Below are positions 18,643-30,065 of a stretch of 64,000 nt of DNA, piece after piece. Every line of letters starts with the position of its first letter. Position 1 is the first letter of the stretch. The notes under the pieces are model-generated. The model saw nothing but the letters and a program-made list of their open reading frames with translations, searched no databases and had not been told where the DNA came from. The position numbers and the translations under genes were made by a program. The stretch is from Escherichia phage CLB_P2. The stretch is from sequence record OL770107. The stretch is one strand, 5' to 3'.

Positions 18643-20898
18643 ATGCAAGTACAAAAAAGTAGCGGTGTATCCCAAGATTTTGACGCACAAAAAATTATTA
18701 AAGTTCTGACTTGGGGCTGTGAAGGAACCCAAATCGACCCCTATGAATTATACGAAGAAATCAAATCCCATCTTCGTGATGGTATGACCACCAAAGATAT
18801 CCAGAATCTGACTGTTAAGGTAGCAGCCAACCTTATCTCGGTTGAAGAACCCGATTACCAATATGTTGCTGCAAAGCAACTGATGTTTGCACTGCGTAAA
18901 GAAGTTTATGGGCAGTTCGAACCGCGTAGTTTTATAGACCATATTTCCTATTGTGTTAACGAAGGTAAATATGACCCTGAATTGCTGTCTCGATATTCTG
19001 CAGAAGAAATTACTTTCTTAGAATCTCATATCAAGCATGAACGCGATTTCGAATTAACCTATGCTGGTGCAATGCAGCTGAAAGAGAAATATCTGGTTAA
19101 AGATAAAACAACCGGTAAAATCTACGAAACCCCTCAGTTCGCTATTATGTGTATTGGTATGGCCTTACACCAAGACGAGCCAGGTAACCGTTTAGCACAT
19201 ATTATTCGTTTTTATGACGCTGTAAGTACTCGTCAGGTTTCGTTGCCTACTCCTATTATGGCAGGAGCACGTACTCCAACCCGTCAATTTAGTTCTTGTG
19301 TGGTTATTGAAGCAGGCGACTCGCTGAAATCTATTAACAAAACCGCTAACTCAATAATTGAATACATTTCTAAACGTGCAGGTATTGGTATCAACGTTGG
19401 TATGATTCGTGCTGAAGGTTCTCGTATTGGCATGGGTGAAGTCAAGCATACCGGTGTTATTCCATTCTGGAAACATTTCCAGACTGCTGTTAAATCATGT
19501 TCACAAGGTGGAATCCGTGGCGGCGCTGCTACTGCTTATTATCCTATTTGGCATTTGGAAGTTGAAAATCTGCTCGTTCTGAAAAACAACAAAGGTGTCG
19601 ATGAGAACCGTATTCGACATATGGACTACGGAATCCAGTTGAACGACCTTATGATGGAACGTTTCGGTAAAAATGATTACATCACGTTGTTCAGTCCTCA
19701 TGAAATGGGCGGTGAGCTTTATTATTCTTATTTTGAAGACCAAGAACGTTTCCGTGAATTGTATGAAGCGGCTGAAAAAGACCCTAGCATTCGCAAGAAA
19801 CGTATTAAAGCACGCGACCTCTTTGAATTGTTCATGACCGAACGTTCAGGCACTGCACGAATTTATCCTCAGTTTGTTGATAACACTAACAACTTCACAC
19901 CATTTATTCGTGAAAAGGCTCCTATTCGCCAGAGTAACTTGTGTTGTGAAATTGCTATCCCGACCACCGATGTGAATAGTCCGGACGCTGAAATCGGGTT
20001 GTGTACGCTGTCTGCATTCGTGTTGGATAACTTTGATTGGCAAGACCAAGACAAAATCAACGAACTTGCTGAAGTACAGGTACGTGCACTTGATAACTTG
20101 TTAGATTATCAAAGCTATCCTGTTCCTGAAGCTTTGAAGGCTAAGAAACGTCGTAACCTGGGTGTAGGTGTTACGAACTACGCCGCATGGTTAGCAAGCA
20201 ACTTTGCTTCTTATGAAGATGCAAACGATTTAACTCACGAATTGTTTGAGAGATTACAGTATGGACTTATCCGAGCATCAATCAAGTTGGCCGAAGAAAA
20301 AGGGCCTTGCGAGTATTATTCAGACACTAAATGGTCTCGAGGCGAGCTTCCTATCGACTGGTACAATAAAAAGATTGACCAAATCGCAGCCCCAAACTAT
20401 GTTTGTGACTGGTCGTCGTTGCGGGAAGACTTGGCTAAACATGGCATCCGTAATAGCACATTATCAGCACTTATGCCATGCGAGTCAAGCAGCCAAGTTT
20501 CCAACTCTACAAACGGTATCGAACCTCCGCGTGGTCCGGTAAGTATTAAAGAATCTAAAGAAGGTAACTTCCGTCAGGTAGTTCCTAATGTAGAACATAA
20601 CCAAGGCCTCTATGATTACGCTTGGAGCCTCGCTAAGAAAGGTAATAAACCTTATCTTACCCAAGTAGCAATTATGTTGAAATGGGTTTGCCAATCTGCA
20701 TCAGCGAATACGTATTACGACCCTCAGAACTATGAGAAAGGAAAAGTTCCTATGTCAGTAATGCTTGATGACCTGTTATATTTCTGGTACTTTGGTGGTA
20801 AGAACCTTTATTATCATAATACCCGTGATGGCTCTGGTACTGACGATTACGAAATCGAAACTCCTAAAGCCGATGATTGCGCAGCTTGTAAGCTTTAA
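18643..20898 (+). CDS. nrdA: ribonucleotide reductase large subunit NrdA
   Basis: 751-aa ORF; active-site NLCCEIAIP; C-terminal redox pair CAACKL; collinear with T4 NrdA. Confidence 0.9.
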   Translation: MQVQKSSGVSQDFDAQKIIKVLTWGCEGTQIDPYELYEEIKSHLRDGMTTKDIQNLTVKVAANLISVEEPDYQYVAAKQLMFALRKEVYGQFEPRSFIDHISYCVNEGKYDPELLSRYSAEEITFLESHIKHERDFELTYAGAMQLKEKYLVKDKTTGKIYETPQFAIMCIGMALHQDEPGNRLAHIIRFYDAVSTRQVSLPTPIMAGARTPTRQFSSCVVIEAGDSLKSINKTANSIIEYISKRAGIGINVGMIRAEGSRIGMGEVKHTGVIPFWKHFQTAVKSCSQGGIRGGAATAYYPIWHLEVENLLVLKNNKGVDENRIRHMDYGIQLNDLMMERFGKNDYITLFSPHEMGGELYYSYFEDQERFRELYEAAEKDPSIRKKRIKARDLFELFMTERSGTARIYPQFVDNTNNFTPFIREKAPIRQSNLCCEIAIPTTDVNSPDAEIGLCTLSAFVLDNFDWQDQDKINELAEVQVRALDNLLDYQSYPVPEALKAKKRRNLGVGVTNYAAWLASNFASYEDANDLTHELFERLQYGLIRASIKLAEEKGPCEYYSDTKWSRGELPIDWYNKKIDQIAAPNYVCDWSSLREDLAKHGIRNSTLSALMPCESSSQVSNSTNGIEPPRGPVSIKESKEGNFRQVVPNVEHNQGLYDYAWSLAKKGNKPYLTQVAIMLKWVCQSASANTYYDPQNYEKGKVPMSVMLDDLLYFWYFGGKNLYYHNTRDGSGTDDYEIETPKADDCAACKL

Positions 20899-20951
20899 TA
20901 AAATCTGATTATAATTGACTCATGGATGAGTCACTAACAAATGAGAATAAC

Positions 20952-22091
20952 ATGTCTACAGTTTTTAATACTACCCCGGTTGATGTTTTAGTCGAACCGA
21001 TGTTCTTTGGTTCAGGATTGGGTATTGCTCGTTACGATATCCAACGTCATAAAGTATTCGAAGAGCTTTGTGAAAAGCAGTTGAGTTTCTTCTGGCGTCC
21101 AGAGGAAGTTAACTTGATGATGGATGCTGCCCAGTTTAATAAGCTTCCTCAATTCCAACAAAATATTTTTACCAATAACCTGAAGTATCAATCACTTCTG
21201 GATAGTATCCAGGGACGTGCTCCTTCTGCTGCGCTCCAAGCATTGATTTCAGACCCTAGCCTTGATACATGGGTGGCTACATGGACCTTTAGTGAAACCA
21301 TTCACTCTCGTTCGTATACCCATATCATGCGTAACCTCTATACAGACCCATCTAAGGTATTTGACGAAATTCTATTAGATGAAGCTATCATGAAACGTGC
21401 TGAATCTATTGGTCGTTATTATGATGATGTTATTGAGAAAACTCGTAAATACCAAAATGCTTTAGAAGAATACCATGAGTTCAGTGAAGGTGTTAAAACC
21501 GCTAAATACGAACTAATGCGTTCTCTTTACCTCTGCCTGCATGTAATAAACGCATTGGAAGCTATTCGTTTTTATGTATCTTTCGCATGTACCTTTAACT
21601 TCCATAAGAATATGGAAATCATGGAAGGTAATGCTAAGATTATGAAGTTCATTGCACGTGATGAACAGCTTCACCTTAAAGGCACCCAGTACATTATCCG
21701 TCAACTCCAGCTTGGTACAGATGGTGATGAATGGGTTAAAATTGCTCAAGAGTGTGAACAAGAAGCAGTTGATATTTTCATGGAAGTTAACCGACAAGAA
21801 AAAGAGTGGGCCGCTCACCTGTTCAAAGATGGTACTTGCCCTGGATTAAATACTCAGAACATGGGTGCTTTTGTCGATTACCTGACAGTTTCTCGTATGA
21901 AGCAATGTGGCTTACCATGTCCTATTACTGATGCTCCTACTCGCCATCCTTATCCTTGGATTCGTGAATACCTGAACTCTGATGCTGTACAGGCTGCTCC
22001 TCAGGAAGTGGAAATCAGTTCTTACCTTGTAGCACAAATTGATAATGATGTCGATGAAAAAGTAATGGCATCATACAAGAAATATTTTTAA
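20952..22091 (+). CDS. nrdB: ribonucleotide reductase small subunit NrdB, intron-less
   Basis: About 379 aa from ATG at 20952 (MSTVFNTTPVDVL as in T4 NrdB); continuous ORF, no intron. Confidence 0.9.
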   Translation: MSTVFNTTPVDVLVEPMFFGSGLGIARYDIQRHKVFEELCEKQLSFFWRPEEVNLMMDAAQFNKLPQFQQNIFTNNLKYQSLLDSIQGRAPSAALQALISDPSLDTWVATWTFSETIHSRSYTHIMRNLYTDPSKVFDEILLDEAIMKRAESIGRYYDDVIEKTRKYQNALEEYHEFSEGVKTAKYELMRSLYLCLHVINALEAIRFYVSFACTFNFHKNMEIMEGNAKIMKFIARDEQLHLKGTQYIIRQLQLGTDGDEWVKIAQECEQEAVDIFMEVNRQEKEWAAHLFKDGTCPGLNTQNMGAFVDYLTVSRMKQCGLPCPITDAPTRHPYPWIREYLNSDAVQAAPQEVEISSYLVAQIDNDVDEKVMASYKKYF

Positions 22092-22096
22092 GGAAT

Positions 22097-22115
22097 GGGG
22101 CTTCGGCCCCTTATT
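22097..22115 (+). terminator. hairpin after nrdB
   Basis: GGGGC-TTCG-GCCCC followed by TTATTG; weak U-tract. Confidence 0.35.
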
Positions 22116-22118
22116 GCT

Positions 22119-22532
22119 ATGAAAGAAATCGCAGATGAATTTAGCTTTATCAAGTACGTTACACTGGAGCTCCAAACAGATGCTACTATAGCCCCTATCA
22201 CGGTTCCAAATAAACAAAATGTCATATATGCTATAGCGGTTGATGATATACTAGTCTACATCGGGAAGACTAAAAATCTTCGTAAGCGCATCAACTACTA
22301 CCGAACCGCCATTAATCGTAAGGACCAAACGTCGGATTCGACCAAGTCCATTCTGATTCATGAAGCATTAATGGCTGGTAAAAAGGTAGAGTTCTATGCT
22401 AGACAGTGCTTTAATCTGTCGATGACTAACGAACTTGGAACTATGTCAGTTGAGACCATGTCTCTTGAAGAGCCAATGTTCATAAAGAAATTTAATCCAC
22501 CTTGGAATACCCAACATAGGATAAAGCAATGA
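22119..22532 (+). CDS. denA: endonuclease II (GIY-YIG family)
   Basis: About 137 aa from ATG at 22119 (MKEIADEFSFIKY); VYIGKTKNLRKRINYYR motif; strong resemblance to T4 EndoII. Confidence 0.8.
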   Translation: MKEIADEFSFIKYVTLELQTDATIAPITVPNKQNVIYAIAVDDILVYIGKTKNLRKRINYYRTAINRKDQTSDSTKSILIHEALMAGKKVEFYARQCFNLSMTNELGTMSVETMSLEEPMFIKKFNPPWNTQHRIKQ

Positions 22533-23677
22533 TTGAATTATATGATAACTTGATGACTTTGGTTAAAAACTCGACTAAATCTAAGTTCTTCTTTAAAGAC
22601 TTCCAGAGTGCGCTAGGAGTCAACTATCGCATCTTTAGTTATAACTATGCATCGTACAGTGATTGGTTGGAAGACGGCGCACTAGAGTGCCGAGGCATTA
22701 TGTTTGAAATGGACGAGAATGGTCCTGTACGTATCGCTGCTCGTCCTATGCAAAAGTTCTTTAATCTCGATGAAAACCCACTGACTATTGGTTTGGATTT
22801 ATCACAAGAAAATATTGATTTGGTTATGGCCAAGGAAGATGGTTCCTTGATTTCTACCTTCATGGATAGACAATATCTTTCTGTTAAATCTAAAGGCTCT
22901 ATCCATTCATCGATGGTACATGATTCTTTACGTTTCCTTCGTCTCCCTGAAAACGAGGCCTTCGCTGCTCGTTTAGAAGAAATTACTAAAGCAGGCTATA
23001 CATGTAACCTCGAGTATGTTTCGCCTACTAACCGTATTGTGCTGGCATACCAAGAAACAAACCTTATCTTACTGAACGTTCGTAATAACGAAACAGGTGA
23101 GTATATCCCTTACGCTGAACTGTTTAAAGATGGCGCTCTGCGTAAGCATTTGGTTAAAAGCTATGAACTCGCTGAAGGTGATTTTGTTGACAATATCCGT
23201 AAACAAGAGGGTATTGAAGGCTTTATCTTTGTACTTAAAGATGGCACGTTCTTTAAACTCAAAACCGCTTGGTATAGCGCACTGCATCATACCAAAGATT
23301 CCATTAACAATAACGAACGTTTGTTTGAAGTTGTAGTGGCTGGTGGAACCGATGACCTCCGAGGTTTGTTCAGTACTGATTCATTTGCTATTGAGAAAAT
23401 CAATGCATTTGAACGTATTCATTTAGACTACTTAGAACAGTCCTTGGCTTTGTTAGAAGCAGCATATTCTCAGCTCAAGGGTCGTGACCGTAAAGACTAC
23501 GCTGTTACCGGTCAGTTAATCCTCAAAGACTTCCCAGGGCTGTTCTCTATTCTTATGCAGGCGTACGTAGGCGGTATTAATTATGATACGGTCGTAGACC
23601 AGATTAACTCTGTGTTCTTGAAAAATCATAAGGCCCAAATCCCTGAAAAATATTTGAAAGAAATTGTGATAGAGTAG
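22529..23677 (+). CDS. rnlA: RNA ligase 1
   Basis: 382-aa ORF; N-terminal block [28 protein letters not shown] as in T4 Rnl1; KEDGSL adenylation lysine motif; ATGA overlap with denA. Confidence 0.85.
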   Translation: [382 protein letters not shown]

Positions 23678-23705
23678 TTTACATCTCCTCATGATGTGTT
23701 AGTAT
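23677..23705 (+). promoter_or_regulatory. early promoter cassette (PeSL-like)
   Basis: GTTTAC, 17 nt, TAGTAT; inverted repeat CTCCTCAT...ATGAGGAG spans promoter to RBS. Confidence 0.45.
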
Positions 23706-23735
23706 AGACTTACCAACTAATGAGGAGAAAACAAA

Positions 23736-24236
23736 ATGAATATGCAAATGATTACTAACGAAATGGTTGTTAAAGCTTTTGGTGACTCTACTGACGGTAT
23801 CCAAGTTTTTAAAGGTTCTCGTGCAGTAGGGTACCTAACCGATCTTCGTGTTACTTTAGCTAAAAATGCTAAAAAGAAAATTAAGCAAAAAGAATACTCT
23901 ACCCGTTATGCAGAAGAAAAGCGTGAAGCCATGCCTGAAGCTGTTAACTCTATGGTTGAGTTTCTCCAAAACAACCTTTCCAAGTATGATGCTGAGGTAT
24001 TCATTAATATCAGCCAACCTAATGTCAAAATCGCAGGAATCACTTTCTATTTGATTTGCGACCCATTAAGCGATAAGTTTAATCGCCTTGGCATTTCGAG
24101 TCCTTACCATACCGCTGAAGAATTGTGCGTGATGTTCGAAACGTATAAAATCCAGTGTGAAAACCCTAAAACGGTTCTTATCAACTCCCTGTCACGTGAT
24201 GACATCATCGAGATTATTACCAAATGTCTAAATTAA
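23736..24236 (+). CDS. alc: Alc-like host transcription inhibitor (positional call)
   Basis: 166-aa ORF (T4 Alc 167 aa) directly downstream of rnlA; identity rests on size and synteny only. Confidence 0.5.
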   Translation: MNMQMITNEMVVKAFGDSTDGIQVFKGSRAVGYLTDLRVTLAKNAKKKIKQKEYSTRYAEEKREAMPEAVNSMVEFLQNNLSKYDAEVFINISQPNVKIAGITFYLICDPLSDKFNRLGISSPYHTAEELCVMFETYKIQCENPKTVLINSLSRDDIIEIITKCLN

Positions 24237-24577
24237 GTATTTACCTTTTAGCTGGAGCCATTGTAGTAGGTGCTTACAGTCTTATTTCGTATCAATCAAG
24301 CCGTATTGATACATTAACTGAAGAACTGAAAACAACCCAGCAAACAGCTAAACAGAACGCCGAAGCTGTTGATGACCTTCGTGGTCAATATTCAGATATT
24401 GAATTCCGTACTACTGAAATGAATGCCAGACTGGATAAAATTAAGGTAGAAAATGAAAAGCTCCGTAAAGATTCGAAGAAGGCGCACGTGGTGGCAAGTA
24501 AGCCAGGATTGGTCGAAAAACAAATCAACAAGTCCTTCGATTCCTTTACAGAAGACTTCAGGAGCATCACAGAATGA
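24224..24577 (+). CDS. i-spanin (inner-membrane spanin subunit)
   Basis: 117 aa; N-terminal TM helix LSIYLLAGAIVVGAYSLI followed by coiled-coil-like charged region; immediately upstream of a lipoprotein ORF. Confidence 0.65.
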   Translation: MSKLSIYLLAGAIVVGAYSLISYQSSRIDTLTEELKTTQQTAKQNAEAVDDLRGQYSDIEFRTTEMNARLDKIKVENEKLRKDSKKAHVVASKPGLVEKQINKSFDSFTEDFRSITE

Positions 24578-24864
24578 TTAAATTGACTGCTGTAATGTTA
24601 TCTATTGGATTGCTAGTTGGATGTGCCCAGGATGTTCCTGTAGCGCCTAAACAACAACTCCACCCTTCATGGCCACAACCTATTGCCGAACATAATGTTA
24701 AGTGGCAGGTTAAGGTAATCGATGGTAAGGCTTGGGTCGGTATGCCGTTTGAAGACTCACAAGAACATCGTATTTGGTTGAATGACGTAAAAAGATATGT
24801 ACAAGACCAGAAATCTATGTTATGTTATTATCGTTCCGGGTTAAAAGAGGAGAAGTGCAAATGA
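24574..24864 (+). CDS. o-spanin (outer-membrane lipoprotein spanin subunit)
   Basis: 96 aa; signal peptide with lipobox LLVGC; ATGA overlap with the i-spanin gene. Confidence 0.65.
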   Translation: MIKLTAVMLSIGLLVGCAQDVPVAPKQQLHPSWPQPIAEHNVKWQVKVIDGKAWVGMPFEDSQEHRIWLNDVKRYVQDQKSMLCYYRSGLKEEKCK

Positions 24865-25031
24865 TCGAGGCTTGTGCTGACGGGTGGGATATCGTTCGAT
24901 TTGGTTTTGCATGCTTTTGTTTTGGAATCGTGTTCAGCATGTGTATGAACGGTATTTTTGGAAAGTAGTGTACAAACTCTTGGGAGCAGAGTATAATGCT
25001 CCTACGGATTATAAAAATTGAGGAAATGACT

Positions 25032-25489
25032 ATGAAAATATTATGGTATGTTGAGAACGCTAATAATATCATGAAGTGTAAAGACGAATTCTTCCAAAAT
25101 CTGGCCCGAATTGGTTCTTGCCGTAAAACACCTTTGGAAGGTAAAGCTCGATTCTTTATTTCAGAATGTAAAGACAAAGCTATTACAGAAGTTGAATACT
25201 ACGCCCCATGGAATGATTTCCCGAGCAGAGTGTTGAAATTATCCAAGCCTATTCCTTCTGATGTGTGGAATTCAATCTTAGATGTTACTGCATGCTATGA
25301 AGAAAACCAATCACTTCATGAAGAAAAAGAACGTATTCGCGAACTGGTAAAAAGTTTTGAATACGCGGCTAAACGCCATGGCCAAATGCAATCCGCAGTA
25401 ACCCTTGGCGATGTTCCTGAAAGTGTTGCTTATGAATCCGGTAAAATCCTTAAAACCTGCCGTGAAGAACTTTATAAGGAGCTCGGTGT

Positions 25490-25493
<4 letters not shown>
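25032..25493 (+). CDS. hypothetical protein
   Basis: About 153 aa from ATG at 25032 with GAGGA RBS 8 nt upstream; function unknown. Confidence 0.4.
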
Positions 25494-26714
<1,221 letters not shown>

Positions 26715-26715
<1 letters not shown>

Positions 26716-26912
26716 TGGCATGGCATCATGAAACCTGGGCAGTCGTTCATGTGGACGGTGGCCTAGTTGGAACTAACAATGGGCAATTCTGTGTATTCAC
26801 TAGTCAATCTAAAGCCTGGGAAGAATGCCTTAAATTAAAAGCCAAAAACCCGGGTATTGAATTAACAGTAAAGCAAACTAAAATCCCGTTACCGTGGAAA
26901 ACCTATGAATAA
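26715..26912 (+). CDS. hypothetical protein
   Basis: About 65 aa from ATG overlapping the pseT stop (TAATG). Confidence 0.35.
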
Positions 26913-27102
26913 TATCGAAAAGATTTTTCGTACAATCGAAGAAATTGAAAAACGTAAATGCTTTTTCTTCGGCGTGTGGCCTTTAACTGATGGTCGTATT
27001 GGCCTGGATGTTATGGACTATAAAGATGAAGACAAGGTCGATGGTGGTATTTTTAAATCCGCGCCAGAACTCCTTGCCTTCTTGGAAGAACATTATGTAT
27101 AA
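26905..27102 (+). CDS. hypothetical protein
   Basis: 65-aa ORF overlapping neighbours by a few nt. Confidence 0.35.
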   Translation: MNNIEKIFRTIEEIEKRKCFFFGVWPLTDGRIGLDVMDYKDEDKVDGGIFKSAPELLAFLEEHYV

Positions 27103-27310
27103 CAAACACCACGAAGTTGAAGAAGAAGCTTATAAAGAGCTTCAGAAACTGGTAGGACAGAATATGTCTCCTGCTCTCATTAACTCGCTTGCCACTCTTC
27201 GTAATGACTTGAACGAACGTTACAAAGGTGAATATTATGTCGAGTTCGTTCCACTGACTGAAGTCGTTGACCGGTTTATTGTTAACGTGAAGGTCCATAC
27301 AGTACACTGA
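27095..27310 (+). CDS. hypothetical protein
   Basis: About 71 aa from ATG at 27095 (MYNKHHEVEEE...). Confidence 0.35.
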   Translation: MYNKHHEVEEEAYKELQKLVGQNMSPALINSLATLRNDLNERYKGEYYVEFVPLTEVVDRFIVNVKVHTVH

Positions 27311-27317
27311 GGTGATT

Positions 27318-27596
27318 ATGTTCCCTACTTATTCTGAAATTGTTAAAGTAGTTTTTAGTCAGATTGTATCTGATTACCTATACGAACCTGTCGACACGTC
27401 GACTGAACTAAAAGTGCACGGACGTTTGTCTGCTATTCTGGAAATCATGTTCCCGGATGCAGTCGATGCAATCACTGTCCAACTCACGCCCGGTGCAGCA
27501 TTTGCAATTGTTCCATTTAAAATTGATAACCACATTTTGGCTATTTCATGCAAAATGGACTTCCAGAAACAAACGGTAGTTGTCGAAGCAATTTAA
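27318..27596 (+). CDS. hypothetical protein
   Basis: About 92 aa; GAGGTG RBS upstream of ATG. Confidence 0.35.
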   Translation: MFPTYSEIVKVVFSQIVSDYLYEPVDTSTELKVHGRLSAILEIMFPDAVDAITVQLTPGAAFAIVPFKIDNHILAISCKMDFQKQTVVVEAI

Positions 27597-27598
27597 GT

Positions 27599-27637
27599 GT
27601 TTACAACACGGTAGGACTGTGGTATAGTAGTCCTACC
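27599..27637 (+). promoter_or_regulatory. early promoter cassette (PeSL-like) with hairpin
   Basis: GTTTAC, 18 nt, TATAGT; perfect 9-bp inverted repeat GGTAGGACT...AGTCCTACC encloses the -10. Confidence 0.5.
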
Positions 27638-27658
27638 GAAACAAATGAGGAAATCGAA

Positions 27659-28213
27659 ATGGGTAAGTTCTTTGAAGAGCGTAAGTTTTATAAGTTCATT
27701 AGCGAATACACTAAAAACAAATTCACTAATAACGGCTCTTATGGCCTCAATACAGCTTTTGCCAAGTATGTAGGTATGAACCCGTTTGAAGTTGAAATTG
27801 ATTACCATAATGGGCGTGAACGTGTAAGCCGAATTCGTGTATATGACGAGATGATGTTTGTCGACCCTAGCAAAATCACAGGTAATCCTGATGATGCAAA
27901 TGCTGTTCTTTTTAATTCAACAGGCCTTTTTGGCCATGAATTCGATTACTTTATTGAAGTGGTACGTCCACTGGCCTCGGTGAGTATTCCTGAAAATGGT
28001 GGACCTAAACCAGTAAAAGCCACTGCGGATTGGAAAGTGCTTATCGTTAAAAATGGTAAGATTGAAGTTCATTCTCGCCATAACACAAAGGAACAAGCCG
28101 ACCGTCAAGCCGAAGAGCTTTTGACCAGTTCGTTCCAACAAGTGTGTTATATTGTTAAAGGCGACGTTACCCAAGCTACCACTACCAAACAACTTAAGTT
28201 GGAGACCATCTAA
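27659..28213 (+). CDS. hypothetical protein
   Basis: About 184 aa from ATG at 27659 with GAGGA RBS. Confidence 0.45.
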   Translation: MGKFFEERKFYKFISEYTKNKFTNNGSYGLNTAFAKYVGMNPFEVEIDYHNGRERVSRIRVYDEMMFVDPSKITGNPDDANAVLFNSTGLFGHEFDYFIEVVRPLASVSIPENGGPKPVKATADWKVLIVKNGKIEVHSRHNTKEQADRQAEELLTSSFQQVCYIVKGDVTQATTTKQLKLETI

Positions 28214-28446
28214 TGCTGAGCGAACAACCCATTACTGTAGAGCAGTTCCAAGTTAAAGTTAAAGAATTTGCTCAGGCTCTGATTAATAAGGTTTCTGTAC
28301 GTTTTCCTGATGCAACTCTGCGAGTAATTCAGGAATCACCACGTGCGGTATTGGTTATCGTTAATCCTAAAAATGGCGGCCAGATTACCCAGTTAAAACT
28401 TGGTTCTGATGGTCTGGTCGAAGCGCAGCGAGTGTTCGTAGAATGA
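28213..28446 (+). CDS. hypothetical protein
   Basis: 77-aa ORF, TAATG overlap upstream and ATGA overlap with cd. Confidence 0.35.
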   Translation: MLSEQPITVEQFQVKVKEFAQALINKVSVRFPDATLRVIQESPRAVLVIVNPKNGGQITQLKLGSDGLVEAQRVFVE

Positions 28447-28988
28447 AAGCAAGTACATATCTTCAGATTGCCTATTTGATTTCTCAGGAATCAAAATGTT
28501 GTTCATGGAAAGTGGGCGCGGTTATTGAAAAGAATGGCCGTATTATTTCTACAGGGTATAATGGTTCTCCGTCTGGTGGCGTTAACTGTTGTGACCATGC
28601 AGTGGAACAGGACTGGACTCGTGTTGTGTATGACCCAGCACGAATGTCCCATAAATCGATTCTTCTTAAAGAACATCGTATGGCCCATGCCGCATGGTCA
28701 TCCAAAAATGAAATCCATGCCGAATTGAATGCTATCCTGTTCGCAGCTCGTACAGGAAGTTCTATTGACGGTGCTACGATGTATGTGACACTATCCCCAT
28801 GTGCAGATTGTGCTAAGTCTATTGCGCAGTCCGGAATTAAAACACTGGTTTATGCTGAACTCTATGACCGAAATCCTGAAGGTTGGGATGATATCCTCCG
28901 TGAATCAGGCATCGAAGTTATCCAGTATAACCGTACTGGCCTCCGTTCTCTGAACTGGGAATCAATTCAAAACTATTGTGGTGAATAA
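28443..28988 (+). CDS. cd: dCMP deaminase
   Basis: 181-aa ORF; zinc-deaminase motifs HAELNAI and PCADCA; N-terminus MKASTYLQIAYLISQESKCCSWKVGAVIEKNGRIISTGYNGSP as in T4 Cd. Confidence 0.85.
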   Translation: MKASTYLQIAYLISQESKCCSWKVGAVIEKNGRIISTGYNGSPSGGVNCCDHAVEQDWTRVVYDPARMSHKSILLKEHRMAHAAWSSKNEIHAELNAILFAARTGSSIDGATMYVTLSPCADCAKSIAQSGIKTLVYAELYDRNPEGWDDILRESGIEVIQYNRTGLRSLNWESIQNYCGE

Positions 28989-29221
28989 TGAAATTTCGTC
29001 TAGTTAAGTTTTCAGGTCTGAATTCAAAAGGTGAAAGCTTAGTAGCCTATTCGGTAGAATACAAAAAGTACTTTTTCTCTCGATGGAAATCGTACTATAA
29101 ATCCGAGTGGGTTTATGCCGACATGAATTACAAAACAGTGCCTATTCTTGAGAATTGCCATAGCCTATTAAGAGCTCTAAAAGAGCGTAATGCAACCACT
29201 ATTAAAACTATCCTGGAATAA
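28988..29221 (+). CDS. hypothetical protein
   Basis: 77-aa ORF. Confidence 0.35.
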   Translation: MKFRLVKFSGLNSKGESLVAYSVEYKKYFFSRWKSYYKSEWVYADMNYKTVPILENCHSLLRALKERNATTIKTILE

Positions 29222-29223
29222 TT

Positions 29224-29523
29224 ATGATTTTAACTGAACAAGAAACTATTCGGCTCCGTGAAAAAGTCAAGACTATCTTGTCTGTAGGCTTTCACGAAGT
29301 TCTGTTTGAAAAGGCGGATGGCAGCGTTCGTCGTATGACTTGTACTCGCGACCTAGACCTCCTCCCATATAAAGAAATTCAAGCACCGGGCCCAGAAGCT
29401 AATAAAGAACCGGTTAATTATATTCGTGTATTTGATACCAAGGTTAATGACTGGCGCTCGTTCCGTTTCGATAAACTGATTTCTATTAACGGGCTTCAGA
29501 CTGAAACTCTGCTTGTCCTGTAA
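29224..29523 (+). CDS. hypothetical protein
   Basis: 99-aa ORF. Confidence 0.35.
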   Translation: MILTEQETIRLREKVKTILSVGFHEVLFEKADGSVRRMTCTRDLDLLPYKEIQAPGPEANKEPVNYIRVFDTKVNDWRSFRFDKLISINGLQTETLLVL

Positions 29524-29525
29524 TA

Positions 29526-29551
29526 TGCTTTAAGAATAGCGTGTTATTATT
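29526..29551 (+). promoter_or_regulatory. candidate MotA-box middle promoter for gene 31
   Basis: ATGCTTTAAG then about 14 nt then TATTAT, about 30 nt upstream of gene 31. Confidence 0.35.
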
Positions 29552-29581
29552 AATCTATCAACAAAACAACATGGATTAAAT

Positions 29582-29905
29582 ATGGAACTTCCTATTAAAG
29601 CGGTTGGAGAATATGTTATTCTCGTTTCCGAACCAAAACAAGCTGGCGATGAAGAAACTACTGCATCTGGTATCGTTATTGGCAAACTTCATCAAGGTGA
29701 AATCCCTGAACTTTGTGAAATTTATTCTGTAGGACCTGATGTCCCTGAAGGTTTTTGTGAAGTAGGCGATTTGACTCCACTTCCTGTTGGTAAGATTGCT
29801 AACGTGCCTCACCCTTTAGTTGCATTGGGTATTAAACAGCCTAAAGAAATTAAACAGAAATTCGTTACCTGTCACTATAAAGCTATTCCGTGTCTTTATA
29901 AGTGA
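29582..29905 (+). CDS. 31: co-chaperonin (GroES-like) gp31
   Basis: 107-aa ORF; [14 protein letters not shown] and VPHPFVALG-like blocks; C-terminus [15 protein letters not shown] as in T4 gp31. Confidence 0.85.
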   Translation: MELPIKAVGEYVILVSEPKQAGDEETTASGIVIGKLHQGEIPELCEIYSVGPDVPEGFCEVGDLTPLPVGKIANVPHPLVALGIKQPKEIKQKFVTCHYKAIPCLYK

Positions 29906-30065
29906 TATAAATAATAATATGGATTGGCTGATGCCATACAGAGCTTTGCTGGTGTATGGGGTTAGCTAATCCTAAGCGGTGGACTACAACTGAGAGACTT
30001 GCCGAAAGGAAGTGAAATTCAGAAGAACGTGTCCACCAATCTTTATCTCGAATTGAGAATTTAAA

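Noticed and set aside
22095-22118. Longer denA start at 22095 (MGLRPLIAM...)
   Set aside because: Those codons coincide with the GGGGC-TTCG-GCCCC hairpin after nrdB, and the T4 EndoII N-terminus aligns with the ATG at 22119.
29907-29914. TATAAATA upstream of rIII as its late promoter
   Set aside because: It lies about 150 nt from the rIII start, farther than the other late promoters in this window (20-35 nt), and is followed by a 16-codon mini-ORF; kept only as a possibility.
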